Shown piece by piece: positions 29,068 to 38,503 of a stretch of DNA of 64,000 nt. Source of the stretch: a virus; IMG/VR virus record IMGVR_UViG_3300044712_000083, positions 1-64,000 of that record, one strand, 5' to 3'. A program made the position numbers and the translations under genes. Under the pieces are notes generated by a model. It made no database searches. It saw only the letters and a list, made by a program, of their open reading frames with translations, and was not told where the DNA came from. Every line of letters starts with the position of its first letter. Position 1 is the stretch's first letter.

Positions 29068-29400
29068 ATGACACAACAAGTTTATACAGACTTAGAGAGT
29101 CACAAAACCAAACCAACAATGATGACAAATCAATTCTTCTACACTCGTAAAGAGGGTGACAAAGAGTTTACAGACTCTTTTAATGTAAACAAAGTAATTC
29201 GTACAGTACAATTAGCTGAAGATGATCTATTAGTATTGATGGATGACATGCATGAGCGTACTATGGAACAACCTAACATCGATCTTAAGACTAACAAAGT
29301 AAAAGGTGTTATTCGTAAGCGTGATGTTTACCAATCAGAGATTCACTTATCAGGTGATGATATTGCAAACTTTAAAAAACTAACAAACATTTCATTCTAA
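29068..29400 (+). CDS. hypothetical protein
   Basis: ORF in operon. Confidence 0.7.
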   Translation: MTQQVYTDLESHKTKPTMMTNQFFYTRKEGDKEFTDSFNVNKVIRTVQLAEDDLLVLMDDMHERTMEQPNIDLKTNKVKGVIRKRDVYQSEIHLSGDDIANFKKLTNISF

Positions 29401-29687
29401 TGGCAGATTTTAAACAACTTCGTGGTAACAGATTGTTACTAGACCTTCCTAAAAAAGAAGAAGGTAAACTTATTGTAGACGAGAATACAAAAGAAGCTCT
29501 TGAGAAAGAGATGATGCAGAAGCTTAACAAGCTTGTAGTGTATGCTGTAGGTGATCTTGTACAAGACATCAAACCAGGTGATGAGATTTTAGTAGATCCA
29601 TCATCATTAAGCAAGTCACCAGTGATTCCTATCAATGGAGAAAATAAATTATTAGTATCTCCATTCGATGTAATTCTCGTTTGGTAA
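29400..29687 (+). CDS. groES: GroES-like co-chaperonin
   Basis: LRGNRLLL..., VYAVG..V.DIKPGDEILV, DVIL. Confidence 0.7.
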   Translation: MADFKQLRGNRLLLDLPKKEEGKLIVDENTKEALEKEMMQKLNKLVVYAVGDLVQDIKPGDEILVDPSSLSKSPVIPINGENKLLVSPFDVILVW

Positions 29688-29698
29688 AATTTAATAAA

Positions 29699-30274
29699 AT
29701 GTCAAACAGTTTTTCTGATTTCTTTTTCAAAGATCTTGCACTGCATAACTCAGGAGAAAGAAAATACATGACTGACAAAGGTGATACTCACAATTATATA
29801 AGAGGGTATTACAATGACGAGTTTAGTAATCTACAATATGCTCCTATTAAATTATTAGAAATAGGTTTAGCATATTGTGGATCTGCTAAGCTATGGCGTG
29901 ATTGGTTTGTCAATGCTGAAATTAGTGTTATAGAATATGATGCTGGTTTAATTAAAGAAATAGAAGGAGTTAATATAACACTTGCTAGTGCGTATGAACA
30001 GCAAACATTAGATATGTATGCTGATAATCACTTTGATTATATCATTGATGATGGTCCTCACACCTTAGAGTCACAGATTTATTCTGTTGAAAACTGGATA
30101 CATAAAGTAAAAGATGGCGGTAAACTAATTATAGAAGACATAGCCTCCACAGAAGCATTACAAGAACTGATTAAACATACAAACTATCCTTATAAGATTG
30201 TAGACTTAAGACAATCAGCACCAAATAGATTTGATGATTTGATTCTTGAGATTACTAAAATAAAAACAGAATGA
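29699..30274 (+). CDS. class I SAM-dependent (sugar O-)methyltransferase
   Basis: TDK..H.Y...Y, LLEIG, FDYIIDDGPH, GGKLIIED. Confidence 0.85.
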   Translation: MSNSFSDFFFKDLALHNSGERKYMTDKGDTHNYIRGYYNDEFSNLQYAPIKLLEIGLAYCGSAKLWRDWFVNAEISVIEYDAGLIKEIEGVNITLASAYEQQTLDMYADNHFDYIIDDGPHTLESQIYSVENWIHKVKDGGKLIIEDIASTEALQELIKHTNYPYKIVDLRQSAPNRFDDLILEITKIKTE

Positions 30275-31275
30275 TTAAGGTTATAAAAGCTATCTATGGA
30301 GGAAAAGATGTAAAAGATATTATCGAGAGTAGGTATATTCAAGATGACACTATACGAATTTCTATAAATAATGAATCTTTTGATGGAGATCCAATGGTTG
30401 GTGTTGTAAAAACATTAGAAATTGAACTAGATCACGATGGTCAAACAATCGTCTATTCGGCTAATGAAGGAGAAAATTATATCTATCCTATGCAAAAGCA
30501 TACGCAGGTAAATACACTTGTATTAACTAGTTGTAATAGAATAGACCAAATATTATTTGCTATTGCTGTTAATAAAGAGATTATTAAAGAAGATTTTAAT
30601 CTTGTTGTCGCAGATTGTTCTACACCTCATTTAGATCCTTATAGTGGAATTAATATGCACAAAAGTGATGATCCCTATAATCTAATCAATGATCAAAACT
30701 ATAATCCAAATTGGACTATGGTTGAGGAATACGTTAGAACTATTCCTAAGATTAAAGAATTTAAAATCATTCACGTTGATCCTAGAATGAGTAAACAAAT
30801 AGGAGAAGCTCATCTAGTAGGCTTAGGACTTACTGCAGCAGCATTGATGGGTAGTAAATATGCTATCAAACTTACAGGTGTATGTCATTTAAAATATGAC
30901 ATCTTTCAAAAGTTTGGTGAGTATATTGGAGATGCAGGAGTAGCTACATGGAGAAGATCAGGTTTTGGTAATCAGAAATCAACTAGAGTATTTATGGGAA
31001 AACCAGATGAGTTAACTATAGCGTTAATGAAAGCTGGTTACTATGGATGGGTTTATGAATACGATTTTATAGAACGTAAATTAGAAAAGGTGGTTAACAC
31101 ATATATTGACAAGTGTAACCACATGAATCTAGATGAACGAGATATTATAGTAGATGAGGGAATTGCTAGAACAGATCATAGAGAAGTTTTAACTAAGAAC
31201 TTAGAGAAACATGGCTTGTTAGATAGTCAAGACCCTTGGATTAGAAAATTTTTAGAAGGAAATATTTGGTACTAA
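30271..31275 (+). CDS. putative glycosyltransferase with N-terminal lectin-like domain
   Basis: N-terminal AIYG..DV...GDP..GVVKTL; then LTSCNR, VVADCS, KYAIKLTG (GT-A-like). Confidence 0.55.
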   Translation: MIKVIKAIYGGKDVKDIIESRYIQDDTIRISINNESFDGDPMVGVVKTLEIELDHDGQTIVYSANEGENYIYPMQKHTQVNTLVLTSCNRIDQILFAIAVNKEIIKEDFNLVVADCSTPHLDPYSGINMHKSDDPYNLINDQNYNPNWTMVEEYVRTIPKIKEFKIIHVDPRMSKQIGEAHLVGLGLTAAALMGSKYAIKLTGVCHLKYDIFQKFGEYIGDAGVATWRRSGFGNQKSTRVFMGKPDELTIALMKAGYYGWVYEYDFIERKLEKVVNTYIDKCNHMNLDERDIIVDEGIARTDHREVLTKNLEKHGLLDSQDPWIRKFLEGNIWY

Positions 31276-31276
31276 T

Positions 31277-32065
31277 ATGAAAAAAGTAAGCTTTGTATGC
31301 ACATCATACAGAAGATTCTATTGCGTAAGAAGAATCTTATCACAATTCTACGCACAAACATACCCTAATGTTGAATTAATATTGTTTAATACAGATGTAG
31401 AACATCCATTTGTACTAGAGCATGAAAATCCTAACATTATTGTTGTAAATAATGCAACTGATTATATCACAAGAGAACCATATAAGAACAGAGGACAAAT
31501 CTGTAGAGATGCTGTTACACACGCCACAGGTGATTATTTCATGTTAGCTGATGATGATGACGTGTATTTACCTTGGCATATACAGCAAGCTGTAGAAGGT
31601 ATAGAAGAACTGGGAACAGATGCTTGGAAACCAGAGTATAGTTTCTTTGCTGCTCCAGGTAAAGTGGAGTTAGTAATGAATACTATGGAAGCTGCAGTGA
31701 TTGTAAAGATGGAAAGAATTCGTGAGATTGGATTTCGCAGTGATCTTACAGGATATGAGGGATTATCATGGTATACACAGCTTCGTGACGAAGGGCAGTT
31801 AGATGAACACAACAAGAACTATCTACCATCTTATTGTTTTAACTGGAGTGATCCTAGCGAAGTAGCAGGACATAAACAATCAGGTGATATCAACAATCCT
31901 GATAACTTTGAGAATCATAAAAAATCATCAGGTGATTACGCCAAAGGTCCATTAGAAACTATTAGTTATGATGAACTACACAGCTTCTATAAACCTTATT
32001 ATGATTTCATTAGGAATAATCCAGATAAGATTAATCAAGAGTACAAAGAACGTTACTTTCAATAA
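31277..32065 (+). CDS. GT2-family glycosyltransferase
   Basis: VSFVC.SY.R, QTYPNVELI, ATGDYF..ADDDD. Confidence 0.85.
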   Translation: MKKVSFVCTSYRRFYCVRRILSQFYAQTYPNVELILFNTDVEHPFVLEHENPNIIVVNNATDYITREPYKNRGQICRDAVTHATGDYFMLADDDDVYLPWHIQQAVEGIEELGTDAWKPEYSFFAAPGKVELVMNTMEAAVIVKMERIREIGFRSDLTGYEGLSWYTQLRDEGQLDEHNKNYLPSYCFNWSDPSEVAGHKQSGDINNPDNFENHKKSSGDYAKGPLETISYDELHSFYKPYYDFIRNNPDKINQEYKERYFQ

Positions 32066-32068
32066 AAG

Positions 32069-32096
32069 AAAAAGGGAGCCAAATGGTTCCCTTTTT
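32069..32096. terminator. bidirectional terminator at the convergence of the two arms
   Basis: AAAAAGGGAGCC-AAAT-GGTTCCCTTTTT. Confidence 0.85.
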
Positions 32097-32131
32097 ACTT
32101 ACCAAAACACACAAAAATGAAAAACAAAAAT

Positions 32132-32287
32132 CTATTTAGATAGTCTTTTCTGCTTCATAGGAAGCATAGGACTCTTTAATCTTTTAGGAGTGTCTGCTTC
32201 TCTCATGAAGTTATTCTTAGGAGAAGGATTAGGTACTTTAGGTGCCTTACGTGGTTTACCTGATTTCTTAGCGTTACCTGATGTCAT
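32132..32287 (-). CDS. 51-aa basic peptide (not in ORF track)
   Basis: MTSGNAKKSGKPRKAPKVPNPSPKNNFMREADTPKRLKSPMLPMKQKRLSK*. Confidence 0.65.
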   Translation of the reverse strand: MTSGNAKKSGKPRKAPKVPNPSPKNNFMREADTPKRLKSPMLPMKQKRLSK

Positions 32288-32288
32288 A

Positions 32289-32978
32289 TTATCTATTGTT
32301 TAAAATAAAGTTAAGCACTTCTGGTGATATAAACCAACTATCGTGCATTGATATTTCAGGAATTACATGGATGTATCCTTTGCTCTTTAATAAATCAATC
32401 ACTGGTTGTTTAGTGTGAGTATCATTATGTTCTATTGTCAATACATTAAACTTACGAGAGAAATCATAAGCTTCTAAAATCAATTGCTCTGTCCCCTCAG
32501 TGTCAATAGATAAATAATCTATAATAGCGGGACAATTGTGTTTATCTAACAGATCATTAAGTGAAATAGTTTTAACTGTATAAGTTTCACCATGTGTTTT
32601 TCTATGATCACTCCAGTAATCTCCAACAGAATGCTCAGTTATTCCTGATATACATGGCATGTTGGCAACTTGTGTAAATTCTATTTCATCTCCTGTTATA
32701 TCAGATACACATAATGTATCAATTGTAGATGTTCTTATTCGTTTGAGATGCTTATTATAATACTCAAGAGGCTCAACTAATAAACCATTCCAATTATAAT
32801 ATGTTTCAAGAAGAAATGTATTACTTAACATCACTCCATCACAAGCTCCAAATTCTAAGAAGTATTTAGGAGATTCTCCCAAACAAAACAAAGCAAAAAC
32901 ATCTTGTTTCAATTGAGAATATGATTCATAGTTTTTACTAAATGCTAAAAACTTATCACCAATTACCTTATCAATCAT
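32289..32978 (-). CDS. FkbM-family methyltransferase
   Basis: SQ..QD, FLEFGACDG..SNT, W.GLLVEP, IDYLSIDTEG.E, TIEHN. Confidence 0.88.
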   Translation of the reverse strand: MIDKVIGDKFLAFSKNYESYSQLKQDVFALFCLGESPKYFLEFGACDGVMLSNTFLLETYYNWNGLLVEPLEYYNKHLKRIRTSTIDTLCVSDITGDEIEFTQVANMPCISGITEHSVGDYWSDHRKTHGETYTVKTISLNDLLDKHNCPAIIDYLSIDTEGTEQLILEAYDFSRKFNVLTIEHNDTHTKQPVIDLLKSKGYIHVIPEISMHDSWFISPEVLNFILNNR

Positions 32979-34225
32979 ATCTTTTTGGTATTATCTGTAG
33001 TCCAAACTCTACTAAGTAGATGATTAGTGAAACAGTTGTTCATTTTCTCTAGCAACATTAGTAAAAGCTGTTTATTAGGTTGAATGTTAAAATACTTTAA
33101 CAAATCAATGGCAACTTCTATTGCCTCTTGTTGAACTTTTACAATCTGTAAATCGTGTTCACAAGATAATCTTTTTATTCCTGAATCATCCCAGCTACTT
33201 ATAGCACCTACATCCAATAGATTTAGTTTCTCACAAGCATCTGTTTTAACATTCAGCCATTCTTCAAAACCAGATGCATTTCTAGCAATAGAACTATAGT
33301 TCATCGATACTGGTCCAGTTAGATAGATCATTCCAGGAGTTGGTAAGTTTGTTCTTATTAAGAATGATTCTAAAGACTTACCACTTCCTTGAACATCAAC
33401 TATTGTTCTGCAACCATCTATGATTTGTTCTTGAAAGTATTTTACAAATGCATCGCTTGCATCTGCATAACATTGTCTAGATGTTTGATACTCTATAGCA
33501 TCTCCTCCAACAACAGCTTTATATATAGTTAGCCAGTTTGCAGAAGTTCTATATGTAAAAGCAAGAGGTTCATCAGGAAGTTCCAACGATGCTAGTGCTA
33601 AAGTTGGAATGTTTAAACCAGCTTGATCATTCCAAATTAGTTTATTAGAATCTCTATAAGGACAACTAAGTCTAGTCATTCTCATCCAACAAGCTAGTTC
33701 TACATCTAGTTTAGATGTTTCTAATTCTACATCATTGAATGCGTGATCTGTATAAAACTCAACATTAATTCCCTTTTCTCTAGGAACTAACACATCTGAT
33801 CTAAGATTATCACCTACATGTAAGTCAGGACGTTCTATCTTATCCCAAATCCAACCATCCCATTTACCTCCCCAAGTTACATAAACTTTAACATCTTTAG
33901 TTAAACCACAAGATCTAAGTAAATCTGTTACTTGTTCTACAGAAAGATACATATCAGATACAATGATGTCTCCATCATTGACTCTATTCATGTTTTCTAC
34001 TATAGGAAATAGATGTTCTTTCTCAATCTGTAGTTCAATGTTCTTATCAATCCCTGGAAGACGATTGTAAATATCATCATATGTACCATTGGATTGTTTT
34101 TCTGCCTCTATTCTAAGCTCTGTAAAGTCTGAAATACCTAATTGTTTTCCTACTTCATTGAATACACTGTGAGGATGTACATATCTTCTAGCAATTAATG
34201 TATCAAAACAATCCCAAGATGTCAT
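32975..34225 (-). CDS. HAD-superfamily hydrolase of glycan-locus type
   Basis: SWDCFDTLIAR, VSDMYL, HVGDN..SD. Confidence 0.8.
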   Translation of the reverse strand: MTSWDCFDTLIARRYVHPHSVFNEVGKQLGISDFTELRIEAEKQSNGTYDDIYNRLPGIDKNIELQIEKEHLFPIVENMNRVNDGDIIVSDMYLSVEQVTDLLRSCGLTKDVKVYVTWGGKWDGWIWDKIERPDLHVGDNLRSDVLVPREKGINVEFYTDHAFNDVELETSKLDVELACWMRMTRLSCPYRDSNKLIWNDQAGLNIPTLALASLELPDEPLAFTYRTSANWLTIYKAVVGGDAIEYQTSRQCYADASDAFVKYFQEQIIDGCRTIVDVQGSGKSLESFLIRTNLPTPGMIYLTGPVSMNYSSIARNASGFEEWLNVKTDACEKLNLLDVGAISSWDDSGIKRLSCEHDLQIVKVQQEAIEVAIDLLKYFNIQPNKQLLLMLLEKMNNCFTNHLLSRVWTTDNTKKI

Positions 34226-34857
34226 AATAGTTTTTTAATTATATCATTTAGATACATGTTATCCTCATGATTTGAATAATCGCCACCTTCATCCTGCGTA
34301 ACTGTTGTAAGATTTACAAACATTAGGTTTCTACCATTAATTAATCTATGTGATCGATAACCTGTTACGTAATGATGTACTGCAATTATTTTAAAATTGG
34401 TTGTATGTTTTTCAAAAAACTGAGATAACAATAAAGCATCCTTAATAGATGCAGTTATATCAGAGTCTTTATTTGGGTAGATTATTAAAAATGTTTTTTG
34501 TTCATCAGAAGAAAGTAGATCTCTGAATCTTTCTACACATCTTTTATAATAATTATAGGCATCATCATCCATCATTGGATCACGATGCCTAAATATTATA
34601 TGCTTTTCAGGCTTTGGATTATCCTGTAATAACGGAGCATAGAAATCATGTTGACAACACTCGTGGTCATCCCAATGATTATCTATTTTACAATATTGTT
34701 CTCTATTAAGAAAGGTTTTAAAGTCATCCTCTATACAATGTTTGATCATTTCAGATCTACTATTCATCCAATCAAAGGGAAAAGATTCAACTTTTAGTCC
34801 TTGATATTTAAATATTGCAGCAGAATGGCAACCTTGTCCTAAAGAACAATACCTCAT
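34222..34857 (-). CDS. DUF1796 papain-like protein
   Basis: SLGQGC, SFPFDW, F.H, Y.RCVERF. Confidence 0.8.
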   Translation of the reverse strand: MRYCSLGQGCHSAAIFKYQGLKVESFPFDWMNSRSEMIKHCIEDDFKTFLNREQYCKIDNHWDDHECCQHDFYAPLLQDNPKPEKHIIFRHRDPMMDDDAYNYYKRCVERFRDLLSSDEQKTFLIIYPNKDSDITASIKDALLLSQFFEKHTTNFKIIAVHHYVTGYRSHRLINGRNLMFVNLTTVTQDEGGDYSNHEDNMYLNDIIKKLL

Positions 34858-35078
34858 TAGTTACAACCGTACTTACATTTCCCCATTTTAGCACCATTCT
34901 TAGCCATCTTAGTAGCACCTAGTTGCTTATCTTTTGTAAGAGAAGCTTTGCCTTTAGAACCAGCTAATGCATTCTTTTGTACTTTAGTGTACGCACCTTT
35001 AGGATCTACAGGTCCAACACGTTTTGTAGAGGCTGTCATTCCTTTAAGACTACCTCCTGATTTCTTTGCTGTTGCCAT
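34857..35078 (-). CDS. small basic protein
   Basis: Lys/Gly-rich; coupled stops and starts. Confidence 0.65.
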   Translation of the reverse strand: MATAKKSGGSLKGMTASTKRVGPVDPKGAYTKVQKNALAGSKGKASLTKDKQLGATKMAKNGAKMGKCKYGCN

Positions 35079-35084
35079 GATTAT

Positions 35085-35459
35085 TTATTTTTTAACTTTA
35101 CCACCATTCTTTTGGAAACCCATCTTGTTTCTTACAGGTGTAGGAAGTTTCTTTAAACCTGGTTTACCAGCAGGAACAGGCTTTAAAGAAGCACCATTTG
35201 CAGCTTTCTTAATCATTCCACCTTTTTTCATTGGTGATTTTTTAACTGCAACTTTGCTAACATTATCTCTTTTAGCATCTCTTGCTTTTTGTTCTTTTTC
35301 CATTTGAATAGTGGTTTCATAATTATCTCCACCACCTGGTGTACGAGGAAAACGTTTTTCATAAGACTCTGGATAAAAGTCTGCAGGAGTTTGGTAACGT
35401 TTAGCAGGTTTACTTTTAACTACAGTACCTGTTTGAGCTTTTTTAATTGCTTTTGCCAT
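35085..35459 (-). CDS. basic protein with KxGG/AxxG repeats
   Basis: AQTG, MKKGG, AANG, QKNGG. Confidence 0.7.
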   Translation of the reverse strand: MAKAIKKAQTGTVVKSKPAKRYQTPADFYPESYEKRFPRTPGGGDNYETTIQMEKEQKARDAKRDNVSKVAVKKSPMKKGGMIKKAANGASLKPVPAGKPGLKKLPTPVRNKMGFQKNGGKVKK

Positions 35460-35463
35460 TGTA

Positions 35464-35610
35464 TTATTTCTTTTTAGATTGAGCTTTAATTTTCTTTTCC
35501 TGCTTTAACATAGCAGCTGTAGGTTTCTTACCAGATCCCTTATTAGCACGGATGTTATCCCATAGTCCTCTACGAGATGTTGATCCGTCCTTACGTTTTA
35601 ACATTTCCAT
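35464..35610 (-). CDS. 48-aa basic peptide, GLWDNIRA type (not in ORF track)
   Basis: MEMLKRKDGSTSRRGLWDNIRANKGSGKKPTAAMLKQEKKIKAQSKKK*. Confidence 0.65.
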   Translation of the reverse strand: MEMLKRKDGSTSRRGLWDNIRANKGSGKKPTAAMLKQEKKIKAQSKKK

Positions 35611-35852
35611 TTGCGTAAAGATTTATTGATACGAGAATTAGGATCGTTAGCTGTCTTAGCAGACGTTAGTTTCTTTTTCATACCTGACATCCTAGCACAG
35701 AATGATTTCTTGCGAGGACCACCTTCAGGTTGTGGAGCTTTTAAACCAGGCTTACCTGGATTAGCTTTATTGTAGGATGCTCTACCTTTTGCGTTGAGGC
35801 CACCAGAAGGATTCTTACCTTCTTTTCTTTGCCATGCTGGACTTTTTGCCAT
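35598..35852 (-). CDS. DUF6321-like basic protein
   Basis: MAKSPAWQRKEGKNPSGGLN...RKKSFCARM...SLRKWKC. Confidence 0.75.
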   Translation of the reverse strand: MAKSPAWQRKEGKNPSGGLNAKGRASYNKANPGKPGLKAPQPEGGPRKKSFCARMSGMKKKLTSAKTANDPNSRINKSLRKWKC

Positions 35853-36150
35853 AGTTAGGATTTTCTCTGTGCCACTTCTTGACTGAAGCAACACCTTGTT
35901 TAACAGTTTTAGCTTTAGCTTTGTTAGTGAGATTGATTTTATCCCACTTACCTGCAGGAATACCAGCTGTATGATCTACAACTATATCTCCTTTATCACC
36001 TATCCCTCTATCGGTGGTCTTTTTAAATACTTTATGTGTTTGTCCGCCAACTTTAACAATAGCTTTACCACCGTTCTTTAGTGTAGAACCTTTAAACTGT
36101 CCTTTCTTTTTAATTAAAGGACCATCAGGAACGGGTGTAAACTTTTTCAT
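35815..36150 (-). CDS. basic hypothetical protein
   Basis: ORF containing LKNGG and IVVDH. Confidence 0.65.
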   Translation of the reverse strand: MKKFTPVPDGPLIKKKGQFKGSTLKNGGKAIVKVGGQTHKVFKKTTDRGIGDKGDIVVDHTAGIPAGKWDKINLTNKAKAKTVKQGVASVKKWHRENPNYGKKSSMAKKRR

Positions 36151-36308
36151 TATTTACCAGCTTTACGAGCTCTGCCCATTGCTTTAAATGTCTTAGCTAA
36201 AGCTTTACGTTTTGGTGTACACGTAGCTTTAGTCATAGGAGTGCAGTATCCTTTATGTTTAGGATTGACTGCTCCTTGAATCCAGTTCTTCTTTGATGCT
36301 TTTGCCAT
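36150..36308 (-). CDS. 52-aa basic peptide (not in ORF track)
   Basis: MAKASKKNWIQGAVNPKHKGYCTPMTKATCTPKRKALAKTFKAMGRARKAGK*, TAATG overlap. Confidence 0.65.
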   Translation of the reverse strand: MAKASKKNWIQGAVNPKHKGYCTPMTKATCTPKRKALAKTFKAMGRARKAGK

Positions 36309-36495
36309 ACCTATGATAGGTTAAATTGGGTTTTACTATAATATCTTTATGAGTAAATTGCCAGAGCTCCCCAGTGGCATTGATGATTATCGTATAGATA
36401 GTGTCAGTCTCATGACCATAATCTAAAACCAACCAAACGATTCCATCACCTTTAGGTGTAGTGACTTCTAATCGATTGGCTGGTTCATAGATCAT
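36259..36495 (-). CDS. conserved hypothetical protein
   Basis: V.TPKGDG...LDYG.E......TGE.W motif. Confidence 0.7.
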   Translation of the reverse strand: MIYEPANRLEVTTPKGDGIVWLVLDYGHETDTIYTIIINATGELWQFTHKDIIVKPNLTYHRYGKSIKEELDSRSSQS

Positions 36496-36542
36496 ATAGT
36501 TTGTTTTTAAAGTGCAGTTCTATGTCTGAGCATAGTTGGGCA

Positions 36543-36800
36543 CTATTGTTCTGGAACTTCTACAACAGAACCGTTTTCAACAGCTTCTGCTAATGTAGCT
36601 TCCATGATTTGACTAGCTTTTTCAGCTAATAAGATACGTTGTGCTTCTTCTGTAGACAAAATTGCACGTAATGAGTTTAAAAGAATACCAAAATCATTTC
36701 CTGATAATACAAATTCTGAGTCAATTGCCCAAGTGTATTTCTTATTTGGATCAAATGTTGGTGTTTCTTGAACTTCTGGTTCGTCTTTTACAATCTCCAT
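36543..36800 (-). CDS. acidic hypothetical protein
   Basis: ORF with A-rich leader. Confidence 0.7.
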   Translation of the reverse strand: MEIVKDEPEVQETPTFDPNKKYTWAIDSEFVLSGNDFGILLNSLRAILSTEEAQRILLAEKASQIMEATLAEAVENGSVVEVPEQ

Positions 36801-36857
36801 GTTTGTTATTTATTTTGGTTTGTGTAAAAGTAAATGGAATATTTTAGAATTGCAAGA

Positions 36858-38216
36858 TTATTTAAAAACTTTTCTTTCATGCCACAACTGACCATAATGA
36901 GGCATGTTTCTATTATGGTATATAATACTAAAGTGATTATTTAATTTTTTTACAATCAGGGGTTTTTTACGTTTATCAACAATAAACATACCCATCATCT
37001 CAATATTATCCAATGTTTTAGTTTTACCAGATACACCGATGTAGATAGGAGATTTAGGATTATTATAAACAACCTCACAAAATGCACGTCCTAAAACACG
37101 AGGACCTGTTACATCTAATGTATTGAATCCATATAACTTATTATCAATATTATGTTTAGAAAGTTCTATAGCTCGTTTTACAATAACGTCTCCTGCTTTA
37201 CTACACATAAATGCATTATATAAAGCATTAGGAGCTTCAGGTGTATCCACTGCAAACACCCTATCCATGTCTTCAATAATCTCATCAAATGGTACTAATA
37301 TTACTTGAGAGAAATCATTGTAACATCCTCCATGTCTATGTAGAATCAAGTATCTCCAGAAATCAGCTTTGTATGCTGTAGGAACAAGACTATTATAAGT
37401 TGCTAAATATTCTTCACCATAGTAATCTCTGATGTAATTTTCACAATCTGCATCAGAGAAATAGAACAACTGATATCCAGGATTTTTTTCCATCATATCA
37501 TAATAGATGAGCTTCATCACATTAGGAAGAGCATCTTCAGACATAGGACCTGTTCTAAATATCCATTTAGGAATACCATCCTCTCTCCACTCTTTGCCTT
37601 TGAAATCTTGATATGTTCTTATAGGATTATACCATTGATTAGGTTTGTAGTATTGATTCATGTTAGTAAACTTTGGATAGATTCCATTGTTCTCTAATAT
37701 GTTAGCAACCATTACATCTTCTAATGGATACTGTTTACCATCTGCTTGAGCTATACATTCTATAGCTTTTCTAGAAACAATATAACTTAGTCCACCCTCA
37801 CACCAGTCAGAGATTTCACCTTCATAAGGTTTGTCATTCCAATAATGACCTTCACATCTTCCTATATGGTGATTACGATTAATCATGTGCTTACCAGCAA
37901 TCATTCCCATATAGTCTGTGAGTTCGAAATCAATCTCTTTAATAAGAGTCATATCCTCATCCAATTTATGGAAGTGAGTATATGAATCAAATACAGAGTT
38001 CTCACTGATAAACTTAAACATAGATGCTACCTTATCAGGAAGTCCGCAATAAGAGTCATCACAATTTAGTTTAATTACATCACCCTCATAAGAGTTATCT
38101 TCATATCCACCAACTACAACAACATAGTCAGTAAATGAGCTACTAACTTTATCTAGTGTAGCTTGTAGATTATCTTGGTGTGTGATAAATACTTTTAATA
38201 TCTTGTTGGTTTGCAT
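36858..38216 (-). CDS. bifunctional glycosyltransferase (GT31-like N-terminus + GT32/OCH1-like C-terminus)
   Basis: DSY.GLPDK, KLDED, GG.SY..S, EDVMV; then IPKWI, AYKADFWRY.IL...GG.Y.D, TGP..L. Confidence 0.85.
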   Translation of the reverse strand: MQTNKILKVFITHQDNLQATLDKVSSSFTDYVVVVGGYEDNSYEGDVIKLNCDDSYCGLPDKVASMFKFISENSVFDSYTHFHKLDEDMTLIKEIDFELTDYMGMIAGKHMINRNHHIGRCEGHYWNDKPYEGEISDWCEGGLSYIVSRKAIECIAQADGKQYPLEDVMVANILENNGIYPKFTNMNQYYKPNQWYNPIRTYQDFKGKEWREDGIPKWIFRTGPMSEDALPNVMKLIYYDMMEKNPGYQLFYFSDADCENYIRDYYGEEYLATYNSLVPTAYKADFWRYLILHRHGGCYNDFSQVILVPFDEIIEDMDRVFAVDTPEAPNALYNAFMCSKAGDVIVKRAIELSKHNIDNKLYGFNTLDVTGPRVLGRAFCEVVYNNPKSPIYIGVSGKTKTLDNIEMMGMFIVDKRKKPLIVKKLNNHFSIIYHNRNMPHYGQLWHERKVFK

Positions 38217-38221
38217 ATAGT

Positions 38222-38503
38222 TTATAATGTTATCTCAAAAGAAATAACAGCATTGGTTTTAATACTCTTACTCATGTTCAACTTAATCTGAAACTGATTA
38301 TGAAACTTAAACAGCTCCTCTATCAAAGCATTTGTATACTTTGGTAGAGAAGGTGCAAGTCTAAACGTATAAGATTTAGGATGTTTAGTTATTTCCATAG
38401 TTGATAACTCATCTACAGAATCGATAACACCTTCTAGATGTGCAAAGTATAGCTCATCATTATGGGGCATTATCTTTGGAAAAAACTTTTTACTAATTTG
38501 CAT
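38222..38503 (-). CDS. hypothetical protein
   Basis: Coupled ORF. Confidence 0.65.
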   Translation of the reverse strand: MQISKKFFPKIMPHNDELYFAHLEGVIDSVDELSTMEITKHPKSYTFRLAPSLPKYTNALIEELFKFHNQFQIKLNMSKSIKTNAVISFEITL

